64,000 nt of DNA from an uncultured delta proteobacterium (GTDB taxonomy: Bacteria; Desulfobacterota; Binatia; UBA9968), in contig CAVTUQ010000025.1 of the NCBI GenBank assembly GCA_963737905.1, forward strand, positions 32,001 to 96,000. The letters run 5' to 3'. Every line of letters begins with the position of its first letter. The stretch's first letter is position 1. Below, piece by piece: positions 32,785-41,702 of this stretch. The notes below the pieces were generated by a model. It was not told where the DNA came from. It ran no database searches and saw nothing but the letters and a program-made list of their open reading frames with translations. Made by a program: the position numbers and the translations under genes.

Positions 32785-33295
32785 CTTTCCTCCGTTCCGC
32801 GACGACGCGGAATCGAACCTTGACCTCCGGGTAAACCTGCAGCCCTAGAATGCGCGGCGGTGTTATTCCAAACCCGCGCACATCCAAGACGTATTCACCT
32901 TCCACGATCAGAGCCCCTTGTCCGTCCAGCGTCGGGGTCACATCGGCATGCAGCCGGCGCGTAATGCCGTGGAAGGTCAGGTCGCCCTGTAAACGATAAC
33001 GGTTGATCTGGCTAAGCGCCTTCGCCTGGACTAATTCGCCGATCACCGTTGGATACTTTTGCGCTTCAATCCGGCGACGCATCTCCATGTCCTGAAGAGC
33101 ATTCCCGGAACGTAATCGTTCCACCGGGAGTTCGATGCGAGCCTTGGGCGCTACGCTGAGATCAATCCGCCCATCGGTCACTTCAAGCTCCGCCTCGCCC
33201 TGAATCCCGGTTCCTTCTCCATGTATGGGATGAAGACTGGAACGAGCCTCGATCCATAGTTGCGACTGCTCCGGAATGACGCGAAATCCCGTCAT
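32777..33295 (-). CDS. YceI-like protein
   Basis: LRSGNALQD, LQGDLTFHGITR, FGITPP pattern typical of YceI barrels. Confidence 0.7.
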   Translation of the reverse strand: MTGFRVIPEQSQLWIEARSSLHPIHGEGTGIQGEAELEVTDGRIDLSVAPKARIELPVERLRSGNALQDMEMRRRIEAQKYPTVIGELVQAKALSQINRYRLQGDLTFHGITRRLHADVTPTLDGQGALIVEGEYVLDVRGFGITPPRILGLQVYPEVKVRFRVVAERRKDA

Positions 33296-33299
33296 CGCA

Positions 33300-33818
33300 T
33301 CACCTGCTCACAGCCTTTCGTTTCGAAACCTCCGTCAGAATTTCCTGGCTCAAACGATCGATAGTGACATAGAGAAGCTTGATGGCATCCTCCACGCCGC
33401 GGGCGACGGGCGCGCTGAGACCGATCCCTTCCTCCGTCTCCAGCGGCTCGCATCCGACGATATATAATCGCCCTCGCATACCTCCGAGTGTCTTAATCGT
33501 TTGGAGGACCACTTGTGGATCCATGCCGTGCGCATCCAGCGACGCAGGTTCTCGTGTATCGACCGTTTCAATATCCGGTTCGATGAGATAGACCGTTCCG
33601 GGTTCTTCCCCGCGCGAAGCGGCATCGACCAAAATCGCCGCATCATAGTCGCCATCGAGCAACTCGTAGGCGAGGTGGACACCGCGGATGCCAAAATCAG
33701 CAACGCGTACCCAGTCGGGAAGCGACTCTGGCGCTAGCCGCTTCACTACCTCCACTCCAAAACCATCGTCCTGGAGGAAGATGTTACCAACGCCTGCAAT
33801 GAGTACTCGCGGGCTCAT
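33300..33818 (-). CDS. hydrogenase maturation endopeptidase (HyaD/HupD family)
   Basis: GVGNIFLQDDGFG, VDA, DAHGM, GCEP. Confidence 0.92.
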   Translation of the reverse strand: MSPRVLIAGVGNIFLQDDGFGVEVVKRLAPESLPDWVRVADFGIRGVHLAYELLDGDYDAAILVDAASRGEEPGTVYLIEPDIETVDTREPASLDAHGMDPQVVLQTIKTLGGMRGRLYIVGCEPLETEEGIGLSAPVARGVEDAIKLLYVTIDRLSQEILTEVSKRKAVSR

Positions 33819-33834
33819 AACCTGGTTTCCTGCC

Positions 33835-34116
33835 TCATGCCGCTTTGCGGATCTCGGTTACCGCGGCGATAATTTGACTTAACTGGCCGCCCAGAAGCTC
33901 GCCAATTCGCTCTTTCACCGGACGAGTTTCCCCATCCGCATCAGAACCACTCTGCTGGCCGATGCGGTTGACGAGAGATAGCCCGGCCATCATTAGATTC
34001 TGAAATTCTTCCGTATTGGTGATTGTTTGCCAAGCTCCCTTCAGCTCCTCGAATTTCTCCTGTCCTCCCTTTGCGCCGAGAACATAATCGACCAAAAATC
34101 CGACTATCAAATCCAT
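33835..34116 (-). CDS. hypothetical protein of the hydrogenase cluster
   Basis: 93-aa co-oriented ORF with YVLGAKGG..KFEEL..AW motif. Confidence 0.65.
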   Translation of the reverse strand: MDLIVGFLVDYVLGAKGGQEKFEELKGAWQTITNTEEFQNLMMAGLSLVNRIGQQSGSDADGETRPVKERIGELLGGQLSQIIAAVTEIRKAA

Positions 34117-34171
34117 ATGGAAACCCCGCCTCTCTCCGCGTCTTGCGGAACCTGCACTCGTGAAATAAGCA

Positions 34172-34273
34172 CTACATCTTTCTGATCTTCATATAACGAG
34201 CCAAGTCCGGTAAGGTCTGGATCACAAGATAAGCCGCGGCCAACAGCGCCGCCTTGCGTATCAAAGCCCCCAT
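34172..34273 (-). CDS. 33-aa small membrane peptide (DUF6893-like), absent from the ORF track
   Basis: AGGAGG RBS; MGALIRKAALLAAAYLVIQTLPDLARYMKIRKM*. Confidence 0.7.
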   Translation of the reverse strand: MGALIRKAALLAAAYLVIQTLPDLARYMKIRKM

Positions 34274-34362
34274 TTTTGTTTCCTCCTTTCCTGAGAGTTT
34301 TCCTAGTCCGGATTGCTCATTGGCAGCGGAAGACCCGCGGGATCAAGTGCGGACATTTTTGA

Positions 34363-34437
34363 GTTCAAGGTTCAAAGTTCAATGTTCAAGGTCTGAAACG
34401 AGTCGAAACGTTGAACCTGGAACACTGAACCTTGAAC
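34363..34437. repeat. heptamer-periodic hairpin
   Basis: gttcaag gttcaaa gttcaat gttcaag ... ttgaac ctggaac actgaac cttgaac. Confidence 0.75.
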
Positions 34438-34498
34438 ACCATTCGCCTTCGCTCATTTCCAGCTCACCCCCTAGATCGTTCTGGTCTTCCTTCGCATG

Positions 34499-35869
34499 CT
34501 AGACGCCCGCCAAAGACTCCGCGCGCAGCGGCTCGATTTCATCCGGAGAAAAATAAAGAAATCGTCCGTGCCAGCGATGCAGGTCTGCGGCGAGATCGTC
34601 TGCCAAGGTCACCGCCACGTGGCTATCTCCGTCGACATCGTTGAATACTGCTTCCACTGTCGCAAGCCGCCCCGCGAGAAACATGTCCTGCGCGTCCGCG
34701 CGCCGCTGTCCGGGACAAAGCCGAACACGGCTGCCTTTCGATACCGAGACTCCAGCGATTTGCAGGGAGTCGGTTTCCGGCGAGACCGATGCATCGGCGC
34801 CGGGGTCCCACCACGGAACGTTCTCCGGCTCGCCTGTCGCCTTTTCCGTTGACTTGCGCAAATAGCGCACCGCCCCGTGCAGCCGATCGAGGATCTCGGC
34901 GGGCAAAGTATCAACCCGATCGATGATCGCCGCCGCGTGACTGTCGGTCGCCCGCGCTTCCGCTTTCTCGTCATCCGTCAAAGTCATCGTACGCAGGGCA
35001 AGAATCTCATCGATCTCAGTTGCGTCAAACAAATCTCCAGGGCTTTCCGGCGCGACCTGCGGGTAGTCATAGAGAATAATCGGCGATGACAGTATGACGT
35101 CGCGATCTCCTTCGTCGCCGACTAGAACCGGCCAGGTATGGAGGTTCACGCACGAGGCAACGGCTTGACGTGCCCACTCCGGCGGGTCGAGAAGAGATAT
35201 GAACGCCCCATCCCGCACAGCCAGCAGCGTATGGGCCCCGACGAGGGCGTGACGAAGGGCTCGAGTGCGCTTCGTTTTTTCGTCTTCTGCACACGGGCTC
35301 AAGTTCTCGATCCGAAGCCGAATCTTGATCAGACTCCCCATCGGCTCGCCGGTCACGCGAATGACTCCCGTTATCGGCAATCGATCGCGAATGATCCGTC
35401 CCTTGATTTCTCCACCCGCATCACGGATAAGCTCGATTTCTCGTCCCGTCGGTACCTCGACCGGAAACGCTCGTTCGGCAACGAGCAGCTCCGTGATGTT
35501 GACTCCTGGATAGTCCAGCTCACACTTGACTCCCTCGTCCCACGATACAAGCTGCCGCCCATTGAATTCGAAAGACTCCACCGGCCAATAAATACCCTGC
35601 TCCGCATTCACTGCCTTCTCCACAATTCGGGCCTGCACTTGGAGAAATCGGAGCCTCAGATCGAGAACGGGCGCGTCGCCCGGCTCGATGAGGCACTCGG
35701 TCTGCATCGTCCATGGCTCGGAGCCACCGTCCTCGCTATACCCACGGGGCATCACGACTCCGAACTGCCAGCGCACCTGATTTTTTATTGCGCTGGCGCG
35801 GTAGGGATAAAGCAAATAGCCTTCGTAAAGCACCGCGTCGGCGACTTTTTGCGCCATTTCGAATTTCAT
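34499..35869 (-). CDS. group 1h hydrogenase-associated protein (HhaC-like)
   Basis: ADAVLYEGYLLYPYR, SPIILYDYP.VAPES.GDLFDATEIDE, C-terminal YFSPDE. Confidence 0.75.
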   Translation of the reverse strand: MKFEMAQKVADAVLYEGYLLYPYRASAIKNQVRWQFGVVMPRGYSEDGGSEPWTMQTECLIEPGDAPVLDLRLRFLQVQARIVEKAVNAEQGIYWPVESFEFNGRQLVSWDEGVKCELDYPGVNITELLVAERAFPVEVPTGREIELIRDAGGEIKGRIIRDRLPITGVIRVTGEPMGSLIKIRLRIENLSPCAEDEKTKRTRALRHALVGAHTLLAVRDGAFISLLDPPEWARQAVASCVNLHTWPVLVGDEGDRDVILSSPIILYDYPQVAPESPGDLFDATEIDEILALRTMTLTDDEKAEARATDSHAAAIIDRVDTLPAEILDRLHGAVRYLRKSTEKATGEPENVPWWDPGADASVSPETDSLQIAGVSVSKGSRVRLCPGQRRADAQDMFLAGRLATVEAVFNDVDGDSHVAVTLADDLAADLHRWHGRFLYFSPDEIEPLRAESLAGV

Positions 35870-36510
35870 CTTTCTGCCCTCTCGTCGAAGCTGCTGAGCA
35901 GCGCCTCAACGGCATCGTCCCAGGTGGGCAGCGCTTGGCGGCCCTTGAATCGATACAGCGCATCGAAACTCTCGCGTCTGAGCCGGATCCAGGCGCTACC
36001 GGGGAAATAACGGTCCATAAGCTCGCGCCACAGTCGAACCGGAAGCCGGTAGGCAGCCTCCTTTTCCCAGGGTATTTGCTCGACGCTGAAGCCAAGCTGC
36101 CCTCGAGTGAAAATCGTCCCGCTGAAAAGAAAAAGCAGTGGCACCTCGCCCTCTTCAAGGGACTCCAGATATTTGGCCGCCACGACCTCGAAATCGTAAG
36201 TGCAAGTAATCGGTAGATCGATCACGGTCGTGCCTTGAAATCCCGGCACCATCAGTGTGGCGTGGGTCCACAACAGAGTTTTCAGCGTATCCCTCCAACG
36301 ATCGGGCTCGCCGAAGAGTTCCAGGAGCTGGCTTTCCTCACCGGACGAATAATGGCGTCGTCTTGGCTCAACTTGGATCTGACAGCGCAGCGCAACGGCA
36401 TGAATCTGTTCACCGGTCCCTTCGGCAATCTGCAACCGAAAAACTAAGGTCGGCACGACGGCATAAGGTTCAATCCGGGCATCGATAACGGTAAATGCAA
36501 GTTTGCTCAT
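35866..36510 (-). CDS. DUF6084-like hydrogenase-associated protein (HhaB-like)
   Basis: LFGEPDRW, CTYDFEV, FLFSGT; position in the operon. Confidence 0.75.
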   Translation of the reverse strand: MSKLAFTVIDARIEPYAVVPTLVFRLQIAEGTGEQIHAVALRCQIQVEPRRRHYSSGEESQLLELFGEPDRWRDTLKTLLWTHATLMVPGFQGTTVIDLPITCTYDFEVVAAKYLESLEEGEVPLLFLFSGTIFTRGQLGFSVEQIPWEKEAAYRLPVRLWRELMDRYFPGSAWIRLRRESFDALYRFKGRQALPTWDDAVEALLSSFDERAER

Positions 36511-37166
36511 CCGGCGTTAACCGCCTCGGTGTGAACTTCTGTGCTCCGTCCGCGTACATCCGCAAAAAATGCGTCGATTTCCTGCCACGCCTCTTCGCCG
36601 CCGTCGAATCCTTTCCACCGCCGTCGAATGCGTCCCACCAGCTCGTAACAAGCGTCGATGGGAACGATGTAGCATTCGAACTCTCCCCGCCTCTGGACGT
36701 TTCGCACCAGCAGCGCCTCCACGTCGGTAGCGAGGGTTGCGAGCAATGGATTCGTTCTGGCCAATTCATCCCAGGTCTCCAGGGAAAGCAGCGACTCCGT
36801 CGCCCCCACCGGACTCGGATAAAAAACCACCATGCGACCCAGCGATGTGTTGAAGAAGAAAAACGCGATACCGACCGGAATTTGCAACTGGCTCCATTGC
36901 GCATCGGTGAGGATCAAACCCGGGGCATAGAGATAGCGTTCGGGCACCGCCCTATACTTGCCTCTCGCCGCCCCTTCATGAGCGAACAGAAGATAACAGG
37001 GACGGCACACGCACATGAGAACCCGGGTCTCGGTATTGACCGCGTGGGAGTGCTTCTCGGCGATTTCTGCGCCGCAGAACTCGCAATCTTCCCTGGACCG
37101 CGGTTTCGGTTGCGGTTCGACGAAGCGTTTAAGCTTCGCGAAAGGCTGCTTAGTTTGCTCGGTCAC
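36507..37166 (-). CDS. DUF5947-like hydrogenase-associated protein (HhaA-like)
   Basis: CEFC, CVCRPC, FYPSPVGATES, WKGFDGG. Confidence 0.75.
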   Translation of the reverse strand: MTEQTKQPFAKLKRFVEPQPKPRSREDCEFCGAEIAEKHSHAVNTETRVLMCVCRPCYLLFAHEGAARGKYRAVPERYLYAPGLILTDAQWSQLQIPVGIAFFFFNTSLGRMVVFYPSPVGATESLLSLETWDELARTNPLLATLATDVEALLVRNVQRRGEFECYIVPIDACYELVGRIRRRWKGFDGGEEAWQEIDAFFADVRGRSTEVHTEAVNAG

Positions 37167-37178
37167 AGAAATCTTCCG

Positions 37179-37252
37179 GTTCAAAGTTCAAAGTTCAAGG
37201 TTCAAAGTCTGAATGGCCCCGATCCTTGAACCTTGAACGTGGAACCTTGAAC
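37179..37252. repeat. heptamer-periodic hairpin
   Basis: (gttcaaR)x4 ... cttgaac cttgaac gtggaac cttgaac. Confidence 0.75.
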
Positions 37253-37263
37253 TGTCGTTTCGA

Positions 37264-38148
37264 CTATCCCGTCGCGACCGCGATCTTCATGCCATCCTTC
37301 TCTATGAGCAGAGGCAATGGCGCCAGATGAAGCTCGCCCATGTCCAAACATTGCCCGGCAGTGCGCAAATCGTAACGCCGCGCGCAGGAGGAGCAGGTTA
37401 GTTGGTTCTCCTCGAGAGCGCTTCCGCCTAGCGTCGAGCCACAGGACGGGCAGGAGTCCTGATAGGCGTAGAAGGTCTCGCCGATCTTGCACAAAAGAAT
37501 GCTCATCCCTGCCAATTTTGTGAGAGCGAGATTTCCCGGAGTGAACTCAGGCAGCGTGTCGAGCGCTATCCACTGTCCCGAACTAATTTCGAGATCTTGC
37601 GTGGCTGTTGGGTTGCTCTTCGGGAAAGCGCCGTTTCCGTTCGAAGCGATAGTTGTGGATGGACTCGATCCCTCGACCTCAATGCGTACGACTTCGGGTG
37701 CCGCCTCTTCGATTGCCTTCTCGATCGCCAGTTTCATGGTGATCGTCGATGAAGGGCAACCGTCGCAGCTTCCTTCGAGGCGCAAGCGAACTATGCCCTC
37801 GTTTACACCGAGGAGCTTGACGTCGCCGCCATGGGAACCGAGGTAGGGGCGCACACGATCAAGAGCACGCGCGATTCGCGTTTCAACATTGAGTGGATGC
37901 AACCCATGAAGAACCAGCAGGCTCGCCACGAGATCGTCTGCCGCGAGCCGGTCAAATATTTTATCCGTCGACTCCGTGTCATCGACGATCTCCAGGATGC
38001 GGGCCAACGCGAAGCCATATAACTCCATCAACAGCCGGACCAACTCTTCAGCCTTCGCACGAACGCGGGGATCGGCAACGGTTCCGAGTTCCTGGAGCAG
38101 GCTCTCGATGCGGTCGCCCGCCGCGCGGAGATCTTTTTCCTGTGACAT
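37264..38148 (-). CDS. NifU-like + Rieske-like FeS protein (HhyE-like)
   Basis: LHGLHP, VRPYLGSHGGDV, GSCDGCPSS, C-terminal CPSC...CSSC. Confidence 0.85.
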   Translation of the reverse strand: MSQEKDLRAAGDRIESLLQELGTVADPRVRAKAEELVRLLMELYGFALARILEIVDDTESTDKIFDRLAADDLVASLLVLHGLHPLNVETRIARALDRVRPYLGSHGGDVKLLGVNEGIVRLRLEGSCDGCPSSTITMKLAIEKAIEEAAPEVVRIEVEGSSPSTTIASNGNGAFPKSNPTATQDLEISSGQWIALDTLPEFTPGNLALTKLAGMSILLCKIGETFYAYQDSCPSCGSTLGGSALEENQLTCSSCARRYDLRTAGQCLDMGELHLAPLPLLIEKDGMKIAVATG

Positions 38149-38175
38149 GAGAAGCTTCTTGCCGCTGAGTCGCTG

Positions 38176-38210
38176 CCCCTATCCTCACCTTCCCCCGAGG
38201 CGGGGGAAGG
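38176..38210. repeat. REP-like element, inverted partner at about 39808-39843
   Basis: cccctatcctcaccttcccccgaggcgggggaagg versus ctccccgcctcgggggaggattgcggtggggg. Confidence 0.55.
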
Positions 38211-38296
38211 AACCGGAAAAAGACAGAGCTAAGTTTCGGTTCTTACCTTCGAATTTTCCGAACTTGGCGCCCTTTGCGCCTCTTATGAAAATACAG

Positions 38297-39532
38297 TCAC
38301 GCAGCCATCTGCAATTTCTCCAAGCTGATTTCATAGCCGAGTTTTTGTAGCCGGGTCACGCAGCGTTTGGTGACAGCCTGACGGTCGCGTTCATCAAAGT
38401 AGTTCGCACCCAGATCCGAATAGGGCTGTTTGCGCGTGAGCAGATGATAAGCGATCACCAAAATCGAATGGCCGACCGCCACCTGAGCTTTCTTCTTGCC
38501 GCGCCGAGCACCGATGCGGTGATACTGGGAGCTCAAATATTTATTCTTGGTGTGCGCGGCCCCATGCGCGGCTTCCACCAGGCAGTGACGCAACCACGGG
38601 CTGCCTTTACGCGTGCGCCCGGTGCGACGCTTACCTGCCGACTCGTTGTTCCCAGGGCACATACCCGCCCACGATGCCAGATGCCGGGCGCTCGCAAAGC
38701 GGCTCATGTCACCACCGGTTTCCGCCCACAACACCTCGGCCGTGCGCTGGCTTACTCCGGGAATGGTATCGAGCCAGGCGATCTCTTGCTCAAAAGGGCG
38801 CAGTCTCGCCTCGATTTCACCGCTGAGCCGTTCGATCGCTCCTTCCAGATAGTCGATCTGCGCCAGATGCTCGGCGATCAGAAAGCTCTGATGGGGCTGC
38901 AGCCGACCCGAGAGCGCCTCTACCAGTTGCGCACGCTTCTCTTTGAGCCGGCCCTTGGCCAAGCTGGCCAGCTCTTGGGTGTCTCTTTGTCCCGCCACCA
39001 GCGCCTCCAGCATCAGTCGCGCCGAGACCCCGTCGATGTCGCTGACCACGTTCGACAACTTGATATTGGCCGCCTCCAGCACCTTCTGAAGTCGGTTGAG
39101 GGTGCGGGCGCGGTCGCGCACCAAGGAGCTCCGATACCGCGTCAACTCGCGCAATTCACGGACATCGGCGGGTGGTACAAAACTACCTCGCAGCAATCCG
39201 TGCGCGAGCAACTCCGCTATCCACTCGGCATCGCGAACATCGGTCTTGCGACCGGGCACCGCTTTGAGATGCTGCGCGTTGACCACCAGCAACTCAAATT
39301 GCCCTTCCAGAATGTTATAGACCGGCTTCCAATAAACCCCCGTCGATTCCATCGCCACGTGCGTGCACCCTTCCTGCGCCAGCCAATCCGCCAGCCCCAG
39401 CAGATCCTTGGTCATCGTCCCAAACTGTCGAATCTCTCTTTCCCAAGCACTACCCAACCACTTCAGCCGACACGCCGTGATACTTCGCTTGTGAACGTCC
39501 AACCCACAACAGCGTTGGTAAATCACTTGCAT
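38297..39532 (-). CDS. IS110 DEDD recombinase, intact
   Basis: GLDVHK, AMESTG, KTDVRDA, TIPGV, ESAGK. Confidence 0.95.
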   Translation of the reverse strand: MQVIYQRCCGLDVHKRSITACRLKWLGSAWEREIRQFGTMTKDLLGLADWLAQEGCTHVAMESTGVYWKPVYNILEGQFELLVVNAQHLKAVPGRKTDVRDAEWIAELLAHGLLRGSFVPPADVRELRELTRYRSSLVRDRARTLNRLQKVLEAANIKLSNVVSDIDGVSARLMLEALVAGQRDTQELASLAKGRLKEKRAQLVEALSGRLQPHQSFLIAEHLAQIDYLEGAIERLSGEIEARLRPFEQEIAWLDTIPGVSQRTAEVLWAETGGDMSRFASARHLASWAGMCPGNNESAGKRRTGRTRKGSPWLRHCLVEAAHGAAHTKNKYLSSQYHRIGARRGKKKAQVAVGHSILVIAYHLLTRKQPYSDLGANYFDERDRQAVTKRCVTRLQKLGYEISLEKLQMAA

Positions 39533-39539
39533 TGCCTCA

Positions 39540-39760
39540 CCCCCTATCGAAAGCTAATTTCCCAAGACCAAAGGAGCACTCGTCTTGAAAAGATTCTCTT
39601 ATGCGTGCTTCCCTATACTGGGAGCAACAGACCGTGTTTCCTTAGAATGCTCGGGTCCTACTTTGCCCAGGCTCTTGGCGCTAGACGCAAATCGACCGCC
39701 GGTCATTGGCCTTCGGCAATGCGACGCTACCATTTTCATCCGCCGTGTTGTACCGATTGG
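39540..39760 (-). ncRNA. putative IS110 bridge RNA
   Basis: 5' non-coding end with segments matching the target (TTTGCGTCT, GCAAAG) and the donor junction (CATAAGAG, TTGCT); boundaries approximate. Confidence 0.6.
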
Positions 39761-39849
39761 TACATGAATTACTTTGCGCGAGATATCTTCTTTCCGCTCC
39801 CTTGTTTTCTCCTCCCCGCCTCGGGGGAGGATTGCGGTGGGGGCGTTCC

Positions 39850-41622
39850 TTATTCCACCTGATTCAGCAAGGTTGGCGAGTGCCGCTTCTCCAAGACCTT
39901 GCCGTTCCCTAGATACATGTGCACGCCGCATGGCAAGCACGGATCGAAGCTCCGCACCGTGCGCATGATGTCAATGCCTTTGAATTTATCTCCAGGTCCG
40001 TTCTCCTCGAATATCGGCGAGTCCTGTACAGCGTCTTCGTAGGGCCCGGGAGTACCGTAGATGTCACGCGGGTTGGCATTCCACGGCGTGGGCGGATAGG
40101 GATGATAGTTGGCAATTTTTCCGTCGCGAATCACCATGTGATGCGAAAGCACGCCCCGCACAGCTTCCGTAAAACCACAGCCGATGGCGTCCTTGGGTAC
40201 CTTGAAAGGTTCCCAAGTTTTGGTGTGCCCGGCCCGCACCTCCTTCAACGCCTGCTCGATAAAATGCAACGCACAGGCGGCGGAATAGGCCTGAAAATAA
40301 GTCCGCGCCCGATCGCGCTCGATGGTATTGCTCCACTTTGGAATCTTCCATTCAAAGGTCACTTCGGGCTTGGTCGCTGTCTTGGGCAGGTTGATGACGA
40401 CGCTTTTGCCGGTCGCTTTCACGTAGCCGATGTCGACCAGTCCTGCCAGCGCTGTCACCCACAACCGCGCAATAGGTCCACCGCCGGTGTCTAGCGCGAG
40501 ATGATCTTTACCGTCGTACCACCGGGGCGACATCACCCAGCTATACTTGTCGTCGAAGTTTCGCTTCTGGGGCTTGGGAATCGTGTGTTGATTCCAGGGA
40601 TGAAGCTCGTCCACCGGATTACCCAGCGGGTCGTTTTTCACAAAGATCTCTTTCCCTTCCCAGTTCTCGTAATACGAATGTCCCAGCAGGATACGGATAC
40701 CGAGGTTGATCTTGACGAGATCTGTAGTCAAAAGTTTGCCGTCCACGACAATACCCGGGGTCACGAACATCTTGCGCCCCCATTCGGTCATGTCGCGATA
40801 ATTGAAATTGCAGTGCTCGGGGTCCTGCAAGCTACCCCAGCAACCGAGCAGGATGCGGCGATCGCCTACTTTTTCGTACCCGGGTAGAGCGTCGTAGAAA
40901 AAATCGAAGAGATCGTCGTGCATGGGAACGACCCGCTTCATGAACTCGACGTAACGCATCAGACGGGTCAGGTAGTCGGTGAACAATTGGATCGTTGCCA
41001 CTGTGCCGACGCCGCCCGGGTAGAGCGTGGATGGATGGACGTGGCGTCCCTCCATCAGACAGAACATTTCCCGGGTCATGCGGCTTACCTGCAGAGCTTC
41101 GCGGTAGAATTCGCCCTCGAGCGGATTGAGTGACTTCATGATGTCGCCAATGGTCTTGTAGCCGTGCGCGCTCGCTTGCGGAGCTTGGGTCTTGGCGGCC
41201 TTCTCCCAGACGCCGGGATTGGTCTCGCGCACCATCTTCTCGCAGAAGTCGACCCCCACGAGATTCTCCTGGAAGATGTTGTGATCGAACATGTATTCCG
41301 CTGCCTCTCCCAGGTTGACGATCCACTCGCCCAGATGCGGCGGCCTGACGCCATAGGCCATATTCTGGGTATAGCAGGAGCAGGTGGCATGATTGTCGCC
41401 GCATATTCCGCAGATCCGGCTGGTGATGAAATGGGCATCGCGAGGATCCTTGCCCTTCATGAAAATGCTATAGCCGCGAAAGATCGACGACGTGCTGTGA
41501 CACTCGGCGACTTTACGCTTGCCAAAGTCGATCTTGGTGTAAATACCCAAGCTCCCGACGATCCGAGTAATCGGGTCCCATGCCATTTCCACGAGATCGT
41601 TGTTCGCCTGTGCCTTGGCCAT
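39850..41622 (-). CDS. hhyL: group 1h [NiFe]-hydrogenase large subunit
   Basis: L1 TSRICGICGDNH, L2 SFDPCLPCGVH, cleavable C-terminal extension. Confidence 0.95.
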   Translation of the reverse strand: MAKAQANNDLVEMAWDPITRIVGSLGIYTKIDFGKRKVAECHSTSSIFRGYSIFMKGKDPRDAHFITSRICGICGDNHATCSCYTQNMAYGVRPPHLGEWIVNLGEAAEYMFDHNIFQENLVGVDFCEKMVRETNPGVWEKAAKTQAPQASAHGYKTIGDIMKSLNPLEGEFYREALQVSRMTREMFCLMEGRHVHPSTLYPGGVGTVATIQLFTDYLTRLMRYVEFMKRVVPMHDDLFDFFYDALPGYEKVGDRRILLGCWGSLQDPEHCNFNYRDMTEWGRKMFVTPGIVVDGKLLTTDLVKINLGIRILLGHSYYENWEGKEIFVKNDPLGNPVDELHPWNQHTIPKPQKRNFDDKYSWVMSPRWYDGKDHLALDTGGGPIARLWVTALAGLVDIGYVKATGKSVVINLPKTATKPEVTFEWKIPKWSNTIERDRARTYFQAYSAACALHFIEQALKEVRAGHTKTWEPFKVPKDAIGCGFTEAVRGVLSHHMVIRDGKIANYHPYPPTPWNANPRDIYGTPGPYEDAVQDSPIFEENGPGDKFKGIDIMRTVRSFDPCLPCGVHMYLGNGKVLEKRHSPTLLNQVE

Positions 41623-41702
41623 GTTTTTAGCCCTCCTTCATTCGACTTTCGTTTTTGGCCGTCCGACCGGCGCGCGCCTAAATTTCTCTTGCATCCTCAC
41701 CA

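Larger units (their letters stand above)
38282..39771 (-). mobile_element. IS110-family element inserted at a CT core
   Basis: Flanks rejoin to CTTGGCGCCCTTTGCGC-CT-TTGCGCGAGA; a similar empty site lies at 57902-57929. Confidence 0.85.

Noticed and set aside
38444-39862. Long antisense ORFs (also 30410-31540, 60650-62008, 28177-28965)
   Set aside because: Shadows of well-supported genes on the opposite strand in GC-rich DNA, with no recognisable motifs.
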